A stretch of 63,021 bases of DNA, counting the filler, from Stramenopiles sp. TOSAG23-6 (taxonomy: Eukaryota), in the NCBI GenBank assembly GCA_900128565.1. It is 11 parts of 11 records of this genome, joined end to end, with 100 filler letters (N's around TTAATTAATTAA, not from the genome) between each part and the next. Parts side by side here need not be neighbours in the genome. Positions count along the whole stretch, not along the records: positions 1 to 6,697 come from LT636662.1; positions 6,798 to 13,494 come from LT636663.1; 9 more parts are not named here. One strand, given 5' to 3'. Positions 1 to 11,144 of this stretch are shown here, in pieces. The position numbers and the translations under genes were made by a program. The first letter of the stretch is position 1. Each line of letters begins with the position of its first letter. The notes beneath the pieces are model-generated. The model had not been told where the DNA came from. It ran no database searches and worked only from the letters and a program-made list of their open reading frames with translations.

Positions 1-59
1 GAAATTTTGTACCTAACAAATTTTAGTTTTTTTTTTTGAAATATTTTTCCAAAAAGCAT
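1..59 (+). mobile_element. 3' half of introner-like intron (ends AT)
   Basis: GAAATTTTGTACCTAAC...GAAATATTTTTCCAAAAAGC-AT at the contig start, followed by an open coding exon. Confidence 0.75.
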
Positions 60-222
60 ACACCGTGCTAAACAAATAGGAGTGACTAAAAGTTTAGAAA
101 TAGGACCAGGTAACGTTCTTTCTGGATTAATGAGAGCTGAAGGAATTAAAAGTGTATCGTGTAATGGTGATCATCTTTGTGATTTGGCTAGTTTAAATGA
201 AATAGTAAAGTTTATGAAATGA
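60..222 (+). CDS. Malonyl-CoA:ACP transacylase-like, last exon
   Basis: Translates HRAKQIGVTKSLEIGPGNVLSGLMR; EIGPG..L.GL is the acyltransferase C-terminal motif. Confidence 0.7.
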
Positions 223-283
223 TTAATAAAAAAAATGTTTTATTCTTTTATTCTACGTAAATTATTTAATCTTCATCATCTTA

Positions 284-3211
284 TCATAATTCTTCATCGT
301 CTTCGTATTCACTTCCCGTATACTCTTCATAAGAATCATCATCTTGATTATTTTTACCATCCGTTAGAATAGGAAAGTCTGAATTTTGAATTTGCTTTTC
401 ATTTTCATCATATACAAATTGTTTTGGGCCACTTTCAAAAATCAAACTTTTTCCGAAAATATAACTGAATTTTTCGAGTCGTAGCCATCGCCCGTATTGA
501 TCATTCCATTTTTCACGATTCGATTTCATCAATCCTCGCAATTTTGTTTTTCTTCGAAGATGGTGTTTTTTATACAATGTATTCAATTTTGTATTTATCC
601 CTTTTTTCGAAATATATAAAGGCAATAATGAAGCCAAAAAGATAAAACTTGCAATCATAAAAGTTGTTAAGATTGTACCATTTGTATCATTTTGAGTAAC
701 TCTATAATAACTATGTCTTACTTGCAAGCCTTTGCCATACGTTTCAACTCGTCCATTGAGTGGATCTCTTCGTAGAACATTGACATAATAACTGACATTA
801 TTCTTGACGTAAATATCTTCATACGCCCAACCTGATACAGTCCAATTACCACCACCATGACCACCTTCACTACCAGTACGATGCGCACTAGGTTCATTCA
901 TATTCAAACTATTTGTATTCCAAAGTCTTTCAGAAGCAGCAGCTACAGTCTCATATACACGAGAACTTGCCATGATATTTGATGGTTCGAAGTTACCGAT
1001 GCTCATCAAATATTTCAATCTTCTATTTCCTTCATTTTCTGATTTATTATCTGTACTATCCGTATTATCTGTATCCGTGACATTTCTATCTTTAAATGGC
1101 GTACTTTCATGACGATTTGTAGCTTGTATTGAAATACCATTTCTTTCAACACCACATCCTGTCCACATCACACAGTCAGTAGGTGGAACATTTACACCAC
1201 AAGAACCTCTCTCACGAATATTTGCGTTACAATCACTTCCATCTTCATGTATCAAAGTATGACCAAAACTATCCATTTCCGATTTGCAATCTGGCCGCTC
1301 AACATAATTTAATAAGTATTGCTCTCGCTCTACATTTGTAGTTTTCCAAAATACTCTAATCATAGGCAAATTTCTACTAGGAATTTCCACTGCACAAAGC
1401 GAGTCGACTAATACTGTTGGTACACATTTACCTTGGTGAGAAGTCTTGTTTTTATTTGTATTCAATGATTCTTTTGGTAATTCTGAACCATCTCGTGAAC
1501 TATCTAATAATCCCCATAACCATCCCGGTGATTTAGGAAGAACCCAATCAAAATTTACTATAGAATCCTTCTTTGTATCTGGTTGAAAATTACAGCAATG
1601 TAATAAACATTTCGATTCGTTGTCGTCAAAGTCGCTACACTTCATTGTACTATCTATGATTGCATCAGTCATGTTGACATAAAGAGGATGTGCATTTGGT
1701 ACATGAAGAGATTGGGCATAGGTATAATCTTGTACACCTATAGGATTGGCATCACTTAATGTACTTGCATCATTTGCCTTGAGTTCGACACTTACTGAAA
1801 ATGAACTCGATGATAATCCATACACGGATATTAACCATCCCCCATGGGTTACTGGTAGAGATATAGTTTGTATTGAAGAAACGTAGTTAGATTGACTTAC
1901 AATAGGTGAATGACTTACAGGTCGGTATTTAGAACTGATTTGAAGTTTGAGTCCTCCGAGATCTGTTATTGATGCTTTTGTCAATGTAAGAACTATTTCA
2001 CATGCAGAATCACATTGTGCTTGAAGTATTGAACTCTGACTTCCTAAAATATTTATTTCAAGAATAATATCATCAGAATCAGTTAACTCTGTTTCAAATT
2101 TTATCTGCGTAGATGTAATTCCAAATCCTGCAACATTTGCAATTTTTTCTTTCAAACTTATTAAAGTAGCATTATCTTTCATTTTCGATACTATGTTATC
2201 TCCTGTAGCTTTTAAACGAATGATCACATCCTTTATTCCATGAAACCCCCAACAATTTTCACCAAAATTTAAAGCAGGATATTTAACAGAAGAATGTGAT
2301 AAAGCTTCAGCAGCCGCAATATCCGCAGCTTCTTTTGCCTTTTCTATTGCAGCATTTACATCCACTGTACCAAGACCATCATTTTGAGCCTTTACCTTTG
2401 CATCAAAGAGTGTCTTTGATCTCGCAGTGTTTTCAGCTGAATACCTTTCAATATCAACCAAAAAGTCATCAGGTCCTTGTGGTAAATATCCAGTATTCTT
2501 ATCTGGAAATGGCCACGTCATTTTAGATCGAGTACCCTTTACCGTTGTGTTGTTCCCAGTATGTGATGCCGGAGGTGTAGTTTCGAATAATTGCCACATT
2601 TTTTGTCCTTTCCAAAGAATTTGTGGTTTCACAAAAATTTCAGATAAACCAGAACAAGGTTCCAGTTTAAATGTAATAGTAGCACCACTTGGGTTGTGTA
2701 GTGCTTTTATATTCTCTGCGTCTAAAACATAGTGATAATGTTTATATCCACCAACATCAACGGTATCTCTAATTTCATCCCAATAACCAGAAAGAGGAAT
2801 ACATTTAATACCTTTCTCTACAGTAACTTTCTCTTCTTTTAAGTCTTTATCAAACACTCGTTTTTCATATGACAACATAGAGTTTGGGTTTTTATACAAT
2901 TTTGCTGTACTAAGAGAGTTTATCCCTGAAATTTGTAAATCTTTTCCATCAAGTAATCCCAGAGGATCTTCACAGGCTTTATAACGATAAGGGAATAAAT
3001 GAGGGTCTTTCAGACCAATATCCATCCCAGTATCGGAAAGATCTGTGGGTTGTTGAACAATTAATATATCTGATGGATTTTGAGAGTATGCTACATTAGT
3101 TGCAATAACTATTCCCACTTGAGCATTGGGTAGAGTTATGAAAAAGTTATACACAAAGAAGACATTAAATGCAAATATTACTACACCACAACTATTGCGA
3201 AAGCAGGACAT
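284..3211 (-). CDS. Large membrane-anchored secreted protein, weakly NDNF-like
   Basis: 986-aa ORF (first ATG at 3211) with a hydrophobic N-terminus, Cys-rich ectodomain, C-terminal TM segment and acidic tail. Confidence 0.65.
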   Translation of the reverse strand: MSCFRNSCGVVIFAFNVFFVYNFFITLPNAQVGIVIATNVAYSQNPSDILIVQQPTDLSDTGMDIGLKDPHLFPYRYKACEDPLGLLDGKDLQISGINSLSTAKLYKNPNSMLSYEKRVFDKDLKEEKVTVEKGIKCIPLSGYWDEIRDTVDVGGYKHYHYVLDAENIKALHNPSGATITFKLEPCSGLSEIFVKPQILWKGQKMWQLFETTPPASHTGNNTTVKGTRSKMTWPFPDKNTGYLPQGPDDFLVDIERYSAENTARSKTLFDAKVKAQNDGLGTVDVNAAIEKAKEAADIAAAEALSHSSVKYPALNFGENCWGFHGIKDVIIRLKATGDNIVSKMKDNATLISLKEKIANVAGFGITSTQIKFETELTDSDDIILEINILGSQSSILQAQCDSACEIVLTLTKASITDLGGLKLQISSKYRPVSHSPIVSQSNYVSSIQTISLPVTHGGWLISVYGLSSSSFSVSVELKANDASTLSDANPIGVQDYTYAQSLHVPNAHPLYVNMTDAIIDSTMKCSDFDDNESKCLLHCCNFQPDTKKDSIVNFDWVLPKSPGWLWGLLDSSRDGSELPKESLNTNKNKTSHQGKCVPTVLVDSLCAVEIPSRNLPMIRVFWKTTNVEREQYLLNYVERPDCKSEMDSFGHTLIHEDGSDCNANIRERGSCGVNVPPTDCVMWTGCGVERNGISIQATNRHESTPFKDRNVTDTDNTDSTDNKSENEGNRRLKYLMSIGNFEPSNIMASSRVYETVAAASERLWNTNSLNMNEPSAHRTGSEGGHGGGNWTVSGWAYEDIYVKNNVSYYVNVLRRDPLNGRVETYGKGLQVRHSYYRVTQNDTNGTILTTFMIASFIFLASLLPLYISKKGINTKLNTLYKKHHLRRKTKLRGLMKSNREKWNDQYGRWLRLEKFSYIFGKSLIFESGPKQFVYDENEKQIQNSDFPILTDGKNNQDDDSYEEYTGSEYEDDEEL

Positions 3212-3532
3212 CTTTTTGAAAATCACAAGGTTATGATTCTGCAATTATTTGATTTGTTTATTGGTTATTATTGAAGAATTGACATTGTTAAATGAATTTT
3301 ACCTATAATTACCGGCAGTAGTAGTGTGTAAGCAAAAATAAATACTGTCAAATACTCTCAAGTTCGACGGTTTCGTACTATAGGTACCGGGTATCGGTAT
3401 TTCAATTAAGAATATTTATTGTTAAATGTCAACAAACAATGAATGAAAGATGAAAGTAAAAGTGTCAATACATTAATTCACAGATCTGATAGTAGAATGA
3501 AGACCAAAAATTTATAAAATAAAGACTCCAAT

Positions 3533-3868
3533 TTACTTTTTGTCTTTCTTTTTCTTCTTTTTCTTCTTCTTCTTCGTATCAAGATTAGCCATTAAATCTT
3601 CTATAGACGCATCTTTTCCTTTACTCTTTGCGGCTTTCGCAGCAAGTTTCTTCTCAGCTTGTCTATCTGCGATCTCTTTCTTTTTTTTCGCTTCCTCTCT
3701 CAAGCGTTTCACTTCCTCGCGCTTTGCTTTAGCATCTGAAGCTTTGTCTGCGTTAAACGCACGGTCTCCTATTCCCGATTTACCACCACCGCCAGCTGCT
3801 TCAGCAGCAGCTTTGGCTTGATTCCGTGCCCTAGCAGTAGCTGATTTTTGTCCATTTCCTCCTCCCAT
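3533..3868 (-). CDS. SERF/4F5-like small basic protein (At2g23090-type N-terminus)
   Basis: N-terminus MGGGNGQKSATARARN. Confidence 0.7.
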   Translation of the reverse strand: MGGGNGQKSATARARNQAKAAAEAAGGGGKSGIGDRAFNADKASDAKAKREEVKRLREEAKKKKEIADRQAEKKLAAKAAKSKGKDASIEDLMANLDTKKKKKKKKKKDKK

Positions 3869-4347
3869 AGTATTCTTGAACTGCTTCTTTGAATTAAAAT
3901 GTGTGCTTATTCGTGACGTTCACTGTAAAAATTTAGACACCGTGGTTACTAATATTTGTGTATTGTGGTGGTGTGCTCTGTGCTGCTGCTCTGTGCGCTG
4001 CTGAATAAATACGTTCACTTCCGTTCACTTTTTCGCACTGGATGAAAAAGCGAGAATTGCGATTGCCGGATTGGTACAAAAATCCGTACCTAAACCAAAA
4101 AAAGAAAAATATATCGGTTAGAAAAAAAAACAAAAAGATTACTACCTACGATACACACTATAGTTGTTGTTGTTGTTGTTGTTGTTATTGTAGACCCTGA
4201 TTATCAAGGTGACAAATTATTTGCAGTCTTTTTCGATTTTATTGTTAGAATGAAAAAACATTGATTCATTGTACGATTAGCCCTTTGCGAGGATTCTGTA
4301 TCATAGTCAAATTAGTTAGTATATAGTATATAGTAAAGTAGTAGATA

Positions 4348-6314
4348 ATGGCAAAAGTAGTACAATCGAGAGAGACAAAAACAATACAGGCATTGGACAT
4401 TCGCGCTCGCGCATCAAGCGACCCTCTTGATTATACTCCAACATTTCTACGACATAGTTCTAAAAATAGAGATCAGAAAACCATAGTTGTATCAGATATT
4501 CATAATAGTAGTAATGGTAGTGAAATAATGGGCTTTTCGCCTGACGAAAAAGTAAACCTTCGTTCAAAAATAGCTCTTGGTATTGGTGAAGCAGCGCAAA
4601 CAATATGGGTACTTGTTGCTGGATTTTATCTTAATATTTTTCTTCTAGAAACATTGTGTATGTCAACGTCAACGGTTGGTATATTTCAACTCTGTGGGGG
4701 AATTTGGGACACAATTAATGATCCGTGCATAGGAATACTTAGTGATAAAACAAATACTCGTTTTGGTCGACGCCGGCCGTGGCTTCTAGGTGCTGCTATC
4801 CCTGCAGGGTTTTCCTATTTTTGTATTTGGATAGGACCAGATATGGGAGAAACAAGTTTATTTGCGTATTGTTTGACTTGTTATATGTTAATATCAGCAA
4901 GCATCACTTCGATTCAAGTTCAAATATCGTCTCGTACGTTTTCAAAATTGATTTTTGTACCTACAGTTTTTTTCATAGACAATTTTGTACCTAACAATTT
5001 TTTTTTTACGAAAAAAAAAAAAAAATATCTCTTCACAAAATTTTCACTCCAGAGTTAACGCGTGATTATGATGAAAGAACTGAGCTTGCCATGTGGCGAT
5101 TAGGTATTGGCAATGTACTTGGATTAATTGCTGTGTTTTTACATTCACTTATAGTTCAAGCTTATCCTGAAAGTTCAAAATTGGATGGATTTCGAATTTC
5201 AGGTTTTGTGATGGGAACAGCAATTTCTTGTTTCGCACTTTTTGCATTTTTCAATATTAAGGAAAAATTTGATATATCAACAGAGTCAAAGGACGAAATA
5301 CCTTTTCTAGTTGGTTTAAGACATGTTTTTTCCAACTTTGCTTTTATTTGTGTTGAGGGTGTTTATTTATTTGGTCTAACCGCAGTGGTGATAGTGCAGA
5401 CAAATCTAGTATTATTCTGTAAATATATTTTAGAAGATGAAAGTCAGGTTTCTTATCTAATTTTACTTGTCCAAGGAATGGCAATGTTGTCTCTTCCCTT
5501 TTGGAATTGGTTCAGCCAAAAGTATAACAAAAAAATAATGTACCATGTTGGTTCACTAGTAGTTGCAATATCATTAGGAATGATGTTTTTAATTGATAAA
5601 GGGGATATAATATTTGGATATTTCATAGCCGGTGCACTTGGTTTTTGTCTGACTGTTGTTTATTTAGTACCGTACGCAATGTTACCAGATGTTATTGAAG
5701 AAGATGAATTGAGAACTGGTAAAAGACGAGAAGGCATATATTGTGGCTTTTTTGTTGTATTTATGAAACTATCAGTCACAGGATCTTTAGCTCTTTCAAA
5801 TTTTGTACTTGGTATTTCAGGTTATAAATCCCCAACTGCTTTGTGTAGCACAGTGTCAACTGATTTGAAAGCAACTGAGTTTTTAGAAACTCAAAAGGAT
5901 TCAGTTTTGTTGGCAATTAGATTAATGATAAGCCCTGTGGCTATTGTGTTTCTAATAGGGGCAAATATTTGTGTACGAAATTATCCAATTACTCGAGAAA
6001 GCCACGCGAAATCTGTAGAATTAGTAAAAGCTAGGAAACAACATGCAAGCCAGGAAAAAACAAATATAAAAACAATGCGTTCTTTAGGAGCCATTGACGG
6101 TTTGAATACATTGGGTGAAACAAAATGTAGTACTCAACATATTGGATTTGGGAAATTACCCGTGGCTGTAAATGATGTAGGTATACGAATTCATGGAGAT
6201 ATTGAATTTGGGAAATTACCCGTGGCTGTAAATGATGTAGGTATACGACTTCATGGAGATATTGAAGATCATGATGAAAGAGATAATGTTAATGATAATG
6301 ACATTGAAAATTAA
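4348..6314 (+). CDS. MFS transporter, GPH/MFSD2 family (exons 4348-4933, 5044-6314)
   Basis: WDTINDP.IG.LSD, RFGRRRPW and MLPDVIEEDE..TGKRREG motifs; splicing restores QISSLTPELTRDYDERT. Confidence 0.9.
4934..5043 (+). mobile_element. Introner-like intron GT-TT
   Basis: GTACGTTTTC...GTACCTAAC...CACAAAAT-TT; removal restores the SLTPEL motif. Confidence 0.8.
6140..6265 (+). repeat. 60-bp coding tandem duplication (IxFGKLPVAVNDVGIRxHGD x2)
   Basis: Two near-identical 60-nt units. Confidence 0.9.
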
Positions 6315-6418
6315 AATGTAATGTAAAGGTATTTAAAATAGTAACATATGAAGTAAAATATGAAGTATAATGAAATCAAATTAATTTGATGAGCAAATTT
6401 ATATATTAATTTGTTTTC

Positions 6419-6697
6419 TTAAAATTTGACTTTATTCAATAAATTTAAAGATACTTCAATTCCTTCTATATACAAACAACTTTTCTTTACAAAAACTCTT
6501 TTTGTGTTATATTTTGCTTCATATTTTGCCAAATATTCATTCATTACTTTGAGTAAATCTGTATATGAAGATTGTTTCTTTTTCAAAACTCTATAAAAGG
6601 CAACGATTGTAATCCAAATAATATGTTCTACAACAATTCTCATTTGCGATGGAAACGAATTTGTTTTATTGTTTTCATTTCGATTTGTTTCATTATT
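6419..6697 (-). CDS. C-terminal fragment of an unknown gene
   Basis: Open frame running into the contig end. Confidence 0.35.
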   Translation of the reverse strand, partial: NNETNRNENNKTNSFPSQMRIVVEHIIWITIVAFYRVLKKKQSSYTDLLKVMNEYLAKYEAKYNTKRVFVKKSCLYIEGIEVSLNLLNKVKF

Positions 6698-6797
6698 NNN
6701 NNNNNNNNNNNNNNNNNNNNNNNNNNNNNNNNNNNNNNNNNTTAATTAATTAANNNNNNNNNNNNNNNNNNNNNNNNNNNNNNNNNNNNNNNNNNNN
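6698..6797. other. Contig-joining spacer N-TTAATTAATTAA-N (also near 13495, 20289, 27071, 33835, 40585, 47325, 54059, 60790, 61906)
   Basis: Identical six-frame-stop linker flanked by Ns. Confidence 0.97.
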
Positions 6798-7080
6798 GAA
6801 ATTTTGTACCTAACAAATTTTAGTTTTTTTTTTTGAAATATTTTTCCAAAAAGCATACACCGTGCTAAACAAATAGGAGTGACTAAAAGTTTAGAAATAG
6901 GACCAGGTAACGTTCTTTCTGGATTAATGAGAGCTGAAGGAATTAAAAGTGTATCGTGTAATGGTGATCATCTTTGTGATTTGGCTAGTTTAAATGAAAT
7001 AGTAAAGTTTATGAAATGATTAATAAAAAAAATGTTTTATTCTTTTATTCTACGTAAATTATTTAATCTTCATCATCTTA

Positions 7081-10008
7081 TCATAATTCTTCATCGTCTT
7101 CGTATTCACTTCCCGTATACTCTTCATAAGAATCATCATCTTGATTATTTTTACCATCCGTTAGAATAGGAAAGTCTGAATTTTGAATTTGCTTTTCATT
7201 TTCATCATATACAAATTGTTTTGGGCCACTTTCAAAAATCAAACTTTTTCCGAAAATATAACTGAATTTTTCGAGTCGTAGCCATCGCCCGTATTGATCA
7301 TTCCATTTTTCACGATTCGATTTCATCAATCCTCGCAATTTTGTTTTTCTTCGAAGATGGTGTTTTTTATACAATGTATTCAATTTTGTATTTATCCCTT
7401 TTTTCGAAATATATAAAGGCAATAATGAAGCCAAAAAGATAAAACTTGCAATCATAAAAGTTGTTAAGATTGTACCATTTGTATCATTTTGAGTAACTCT
7501 ATAATAACTATGTCTTACTTGCAAGCCTTTGCCATACGTTTCAACTCGTCCATTGAGTGGATCTCTTCGTAGAACATTGACATAATAACTGACATTATTC
7601 TTGACGTAAATATCTTCATACGCCCAACCTGATACAGTCCAATTACCACCACCATGACCACCTTCACTACCAGTACGATGCGCACTAGGTTCATTCATAT
7701 TCAAACTATTTGTATTCCAAAGTCTTTCAGAAGCAGCAGCTACAGTCTCATATACACGAGAACTTGCCATGATATTTGATGGTTCGAAGTTACCGATGCT
7801 CATCAAATATTTCAATCTTCTATTTCCTTCATTTTCTGATTTATTATCTGTACTATCCGTATTATCTGTATCCGTGACATTTCTATCTTTAAATGGCGTA
7901 CTTTCATGACGATTTGTAGCTTGTATTGAAATACCATTTCTTTCAACACCACATCCTGTCCACATCACACAGTCAGTAGGTGGAACATTTACACCACAAG
8001 AACCTCTCTCACGAATATTTGCGTTACAATCACTTCCATCTTCATGTATCAAAGTATGACCAAAACTATCCATTTCCGATTTGCAATCTGGCCGCTCAAC
8101 ATAATTTAATAAGTATTGCTCTCGCTCTACATTTGTAGTTTTCCAAAATACTCTAATCATAGGCAAATTTCTACTAGGAATTTCCACTGCACAAAGCGAG
8201 TCGACTAATACTGTTGGTACACATTTACCTTGGTGAGAAGTCTTGTTTTTATTTGTATTCAATGATTCTTTTGGTAATTCTGAACCATCTCGTGAACTAT
8301 CTAATAATCCCCATAACCATCCCGGTGATTTAGGAAGAACCCAATCAAAATTTACTATAGAATCCTTCTTTGTATCTGGTTGAAAATTACAGCAATGTAA
8401 TAAACATTTCGATTCGTTGTCGTCAAAGTCGCTACACTTCATTGTACTATCTATGATTGCATCAGTCATGTTGACATAAAGAGGATGTGCATTTGGTACA
8501 TGAAGAGATTGGGCATAGGTATAATCTTGTACACCTATAGGATTGGCATCACTTAATGTACTTGCATCATTTGCCTTGAGTTCGACACTTACTGAAAATG
8601 AACTCGATGATAATCCATACACGGATATTAACCATCCCCCATGGGTTACTGGTAGAGATATAGTTTGTATTGAAGAAACGTAGTTAGATTGACTTACAAT
8701 AGGTGAATGACTTACAGGTCGGTATTTAGAACTGATTTGAAGTTTGAGTCCTCCGAGATCTGTTATTGATGCTTTTGTCAATGTAAGAACTATTTCACAT
8801 GCAGAATCACATTGTGCTTGAAGTATTGAACTCTGACTTCCTAAAATATTTATTTCAAGAATAATATCATCAGAATCAGTTAACTCTGTTTCAAATTTTA
8901 TCTGCGTAGATGTAATTCCAAATCCTGCAACATTTGCAATTTTTTCTTTCAAACTTATTAAAGTAGCATTATCTTTCATTTTCGATACTATGTTATCTCC
9001 TGTAGCTTTTAAACGAATGATCACATCCTTTATTCCATGAAACCCCCAACAATTTTCACCAAAATTTAAAGCAGGATATTTAACAGAAGAATGTGATAAA
9101 GCTTCAGCAGCCGCAATATCCGCAGCTTCTTTTGCCTTTTCTATTGCAGCATTTACATCCACTGTACCAAGACCATCATTTTGAGCCTTTACCTTTGCAT
9201 CAAAGAGTGTCTTTGATCTCGCAGTGTTTTCAGCTGAATACCTTTCAATATCAACCAAAAAGTCATCAGGTCCTTGTGGTAAATATCCAGTATTCTTATC
9301 TGGAAATGGCCACGTCATTTTAGATCGAGTACCCTTTACCGTTGTGTTGTTCCCAGTATGTGATGCCGGAGGTGTAGTTTCGAATAATTGCCACATTTTT
9401 TGTCCTTTCCAAAGAATTTGTGGTTTCACAAAAATTTCAGATAAACCAGAACAAGGTTCCAGTTTAAATGTAATAGTAGCACCACTTGGGTTGTGTAGTG
9501 CTTTTATATTCTCTGCGTCTAAAACATAGTGATAATGTTTATATCCACCAACATCAACGGTATCTCTAATTTCATCCCAATAACCAGAAAGAGGAATACA
9601 TTTAATACCTTTCTCTACAGTAACTTTCTCTTCTTTTAAGTCTTTATCAAACACTCGTTTTTCATATGACAACATAGAGTTTGGGTTTTTATACAATTTT
9701 GCTGTACTAAGAGAGTTTATCCCTGAAATTTGTAAATCTTTTCCATCAAGTAATCCCAGAGGATCTTCACAGGCTTTATAACGATAAGGGAATAAATGAG
9801 GGTCTTTCAGACCAATATCCATCCCAGTATCGGAAAGATCTGTGGGTTGTTGAACAATTAATATATCTGATGGATTTTGAGAGTATGCTACATTAGTTGC
9901 AATAACTATTCCCACTTGAGCATTGGGTAGAGTTATGAAAAAGTTATACACAAAGAAGACATTAAATGCAAATATTACTACACCACAACTATTGCGAAAG
10001 CAGGACAT
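7081..10008 (-). CDS. Duplicate of the 284-3211 membrane protein
   Basis: Identical ORF. Confidence 0.65.
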   Translation of the reverse strand: MSCFRNSCGVVIFAFNVFFVYNFFITLPNAQVGIVIATNVAYSQNPSDILIVQQPTDLSDTGMDIGLKDPHLFPYRYKACEDPLGLLDGKDLQISGINSLSTAKLYKNPNSMLSYEKRVFDKDLKEEKVTVEKGIKCIPLSGYWDEIRDTVDVGGYKHYHYVLDAENIKALHNPSGATITFKLEPCSGLSEIFVKPQILWKGQKMWQLFETTPPASHTGNNTTVKGTRSKMTWPFPDKNTGYLPQGPDDFLVDIERYSAENTARSKTLFDAKVKAQNDGLGTVDVNAAIEKAKEAADIAAAEALSHSSVKYPALNFGENCWGFHGIKDVIIRLKATGDNIVSKMKDNATLISLKEKIANVAGFGITSTQIKFETELTDSDDIILEINILGSQSSILQAQCDSACEIVLTLTKASITDLGGLKLQISSKYRPVSHSPIVSQSNYVSSIQTISLPVTHGGWLISVYGLSSSSFSVSVELKANDASTLSDANPIGVQDYTYAQSLHVPNAHPLYVNMTDAIIDSTMKCSDFDDNESKCLLHCCNFQPDTKKDSIVNFDWVLPKSPGWLWGLLDSSRDGSELPKESLNTNKNKTSHQGKCVPTVLVDSLCAVEIPSRNLPMIRVFWKTTNVEREQYLLNYVERPDCKSEMDSFGHTLIHEDGSDCNANIRERGSCGVNVPPTDCVMWTGCGVERNGISIQATNRHESTPFKDRNVTDTDNTDSTDNKSENEGNRRLKYLMSIGNFEPSNIMASSRVYETVAAASERLWNTNSLNMNEPSAHRTGSEGGHGGGNWTVSGWAYEDIYVKNNVSYYVNVLRRDPLNGRVETYGKGLQVRHSYYRVTQNDTNGTILTTFMIASFIFLASLLPLYISKKGINTKLNTLYKKHHLRRKTKLRGLMKSNREKWNDQYGRWLRLEKFSYIFGKSLIFESGPKQFVYDENEKQIQNSDFPILTDGKNNQDDDSYEEYTGSEYEDDEEL

Positions 10009-10329
10009 CTTTTTGAAAATCACAAGGTTATGATTCTGCAATTATTTGATTTGTTTATTGGTTATTATTGAAGAATTGACATTGTTAAATGAATTTTACC
10101 TATAATTACCGGCAGTAGTAGTGTGTAAGCAAAAATAAATACTGTCAAATACTCTCAAGTTCGACGGTTTCGTACTATAGGTACCGGGTATCGGTATTTC
10201 AATTAAGAATATTTATTGTTAAATGTCAACAAACAATGAATGAAAGATGAAAGTAAAAGTGTCAATACATTAATTCACAGATCTGATAGTAGAATGAAGA
10301 CCAAAAATTTATAAAATAAAGACTCCAAT

Positions 10330-10665
10330 TTACTTTTTGTCTTTCTTTTTCTTCTTTTTCTTCTTCTTCTTCGTATCAAGATTAGCCATTAAATCTTCTA
10401 TAGACGCATCTTTTCCTTTACTCTTTGCGGCTTTCGCAGCAAGTTTCTTCTCAGCTTGTCTATCTGCGATCTCTTTCTTTTTTTTCGCTTCCTCTCTCAA
10501 GCGTTTCACTTCCTCGCGCTTTGCTTTAGCATCTGAAGCTTTGTCTGCGTTAAACGCACGGTCTCCTATTCCCGATTTACCACCACCGCCAGCTGCTTCA
10601 GCAGCAGCTTTGGCTTGATTCCGTGCCCTAGCAGTAGCTGATTTTTGTCCATTTCCTCCTCCCAT
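10330..10665 (-). CDS. Duplicate SERF/4F5-like protein
   Basis: Identical ORF. Confidence 0.7.
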   Translation of the reverse strand: MGGGNGQKSATARARNQAKAAAEAAGGGGKSGIGDRAFNADKASDAKAKREEVKRLREEAKKKKEIADRQAEKKLAAKAAKSKGKDASIEDLMANLDTKKKKKKKKKKDKK

Positions 10666-11144
10666 AGTATTCTTGAACTGCTTCTTTGAATTAAAATGTG
10701 TGCTTATTCGTGACGTTCACTGTAAAAATTTAGACACCGTGGTTACTAATATTTGTGTATTGTGGTGGTGTGCTCTGTGCTGCTGCTCTGTGCGCTGCTG
10801 AATAAATACGTTCACTTCCGTTCACTTTTTCGCACTGGATGAAAAAGCGAGAATTGCGATTGCCGGATTGGTACAAAAATCCGTACCTAAACCAAAAAAA
10901 GAAAAATATATCGGTTAGAAAAAAAAACAAAAAGATTACTACCTACGATACACACTATAGTTGTTGTTGTTGTTGTTGTTGTTATTGTAGACCCTGATTA
11001 TCAAGGTGACAAATTATTTGCAGTCTTTTTCGATTTTATTGTTAGAATGAAAAAACATTGATTCATTGTACGATTAGCCCTTTGCGAGGATTCTGTATCA
11101 TAGTCAAATTAGTTAGTATATAGTATATAGTAAAGTAGTAGATA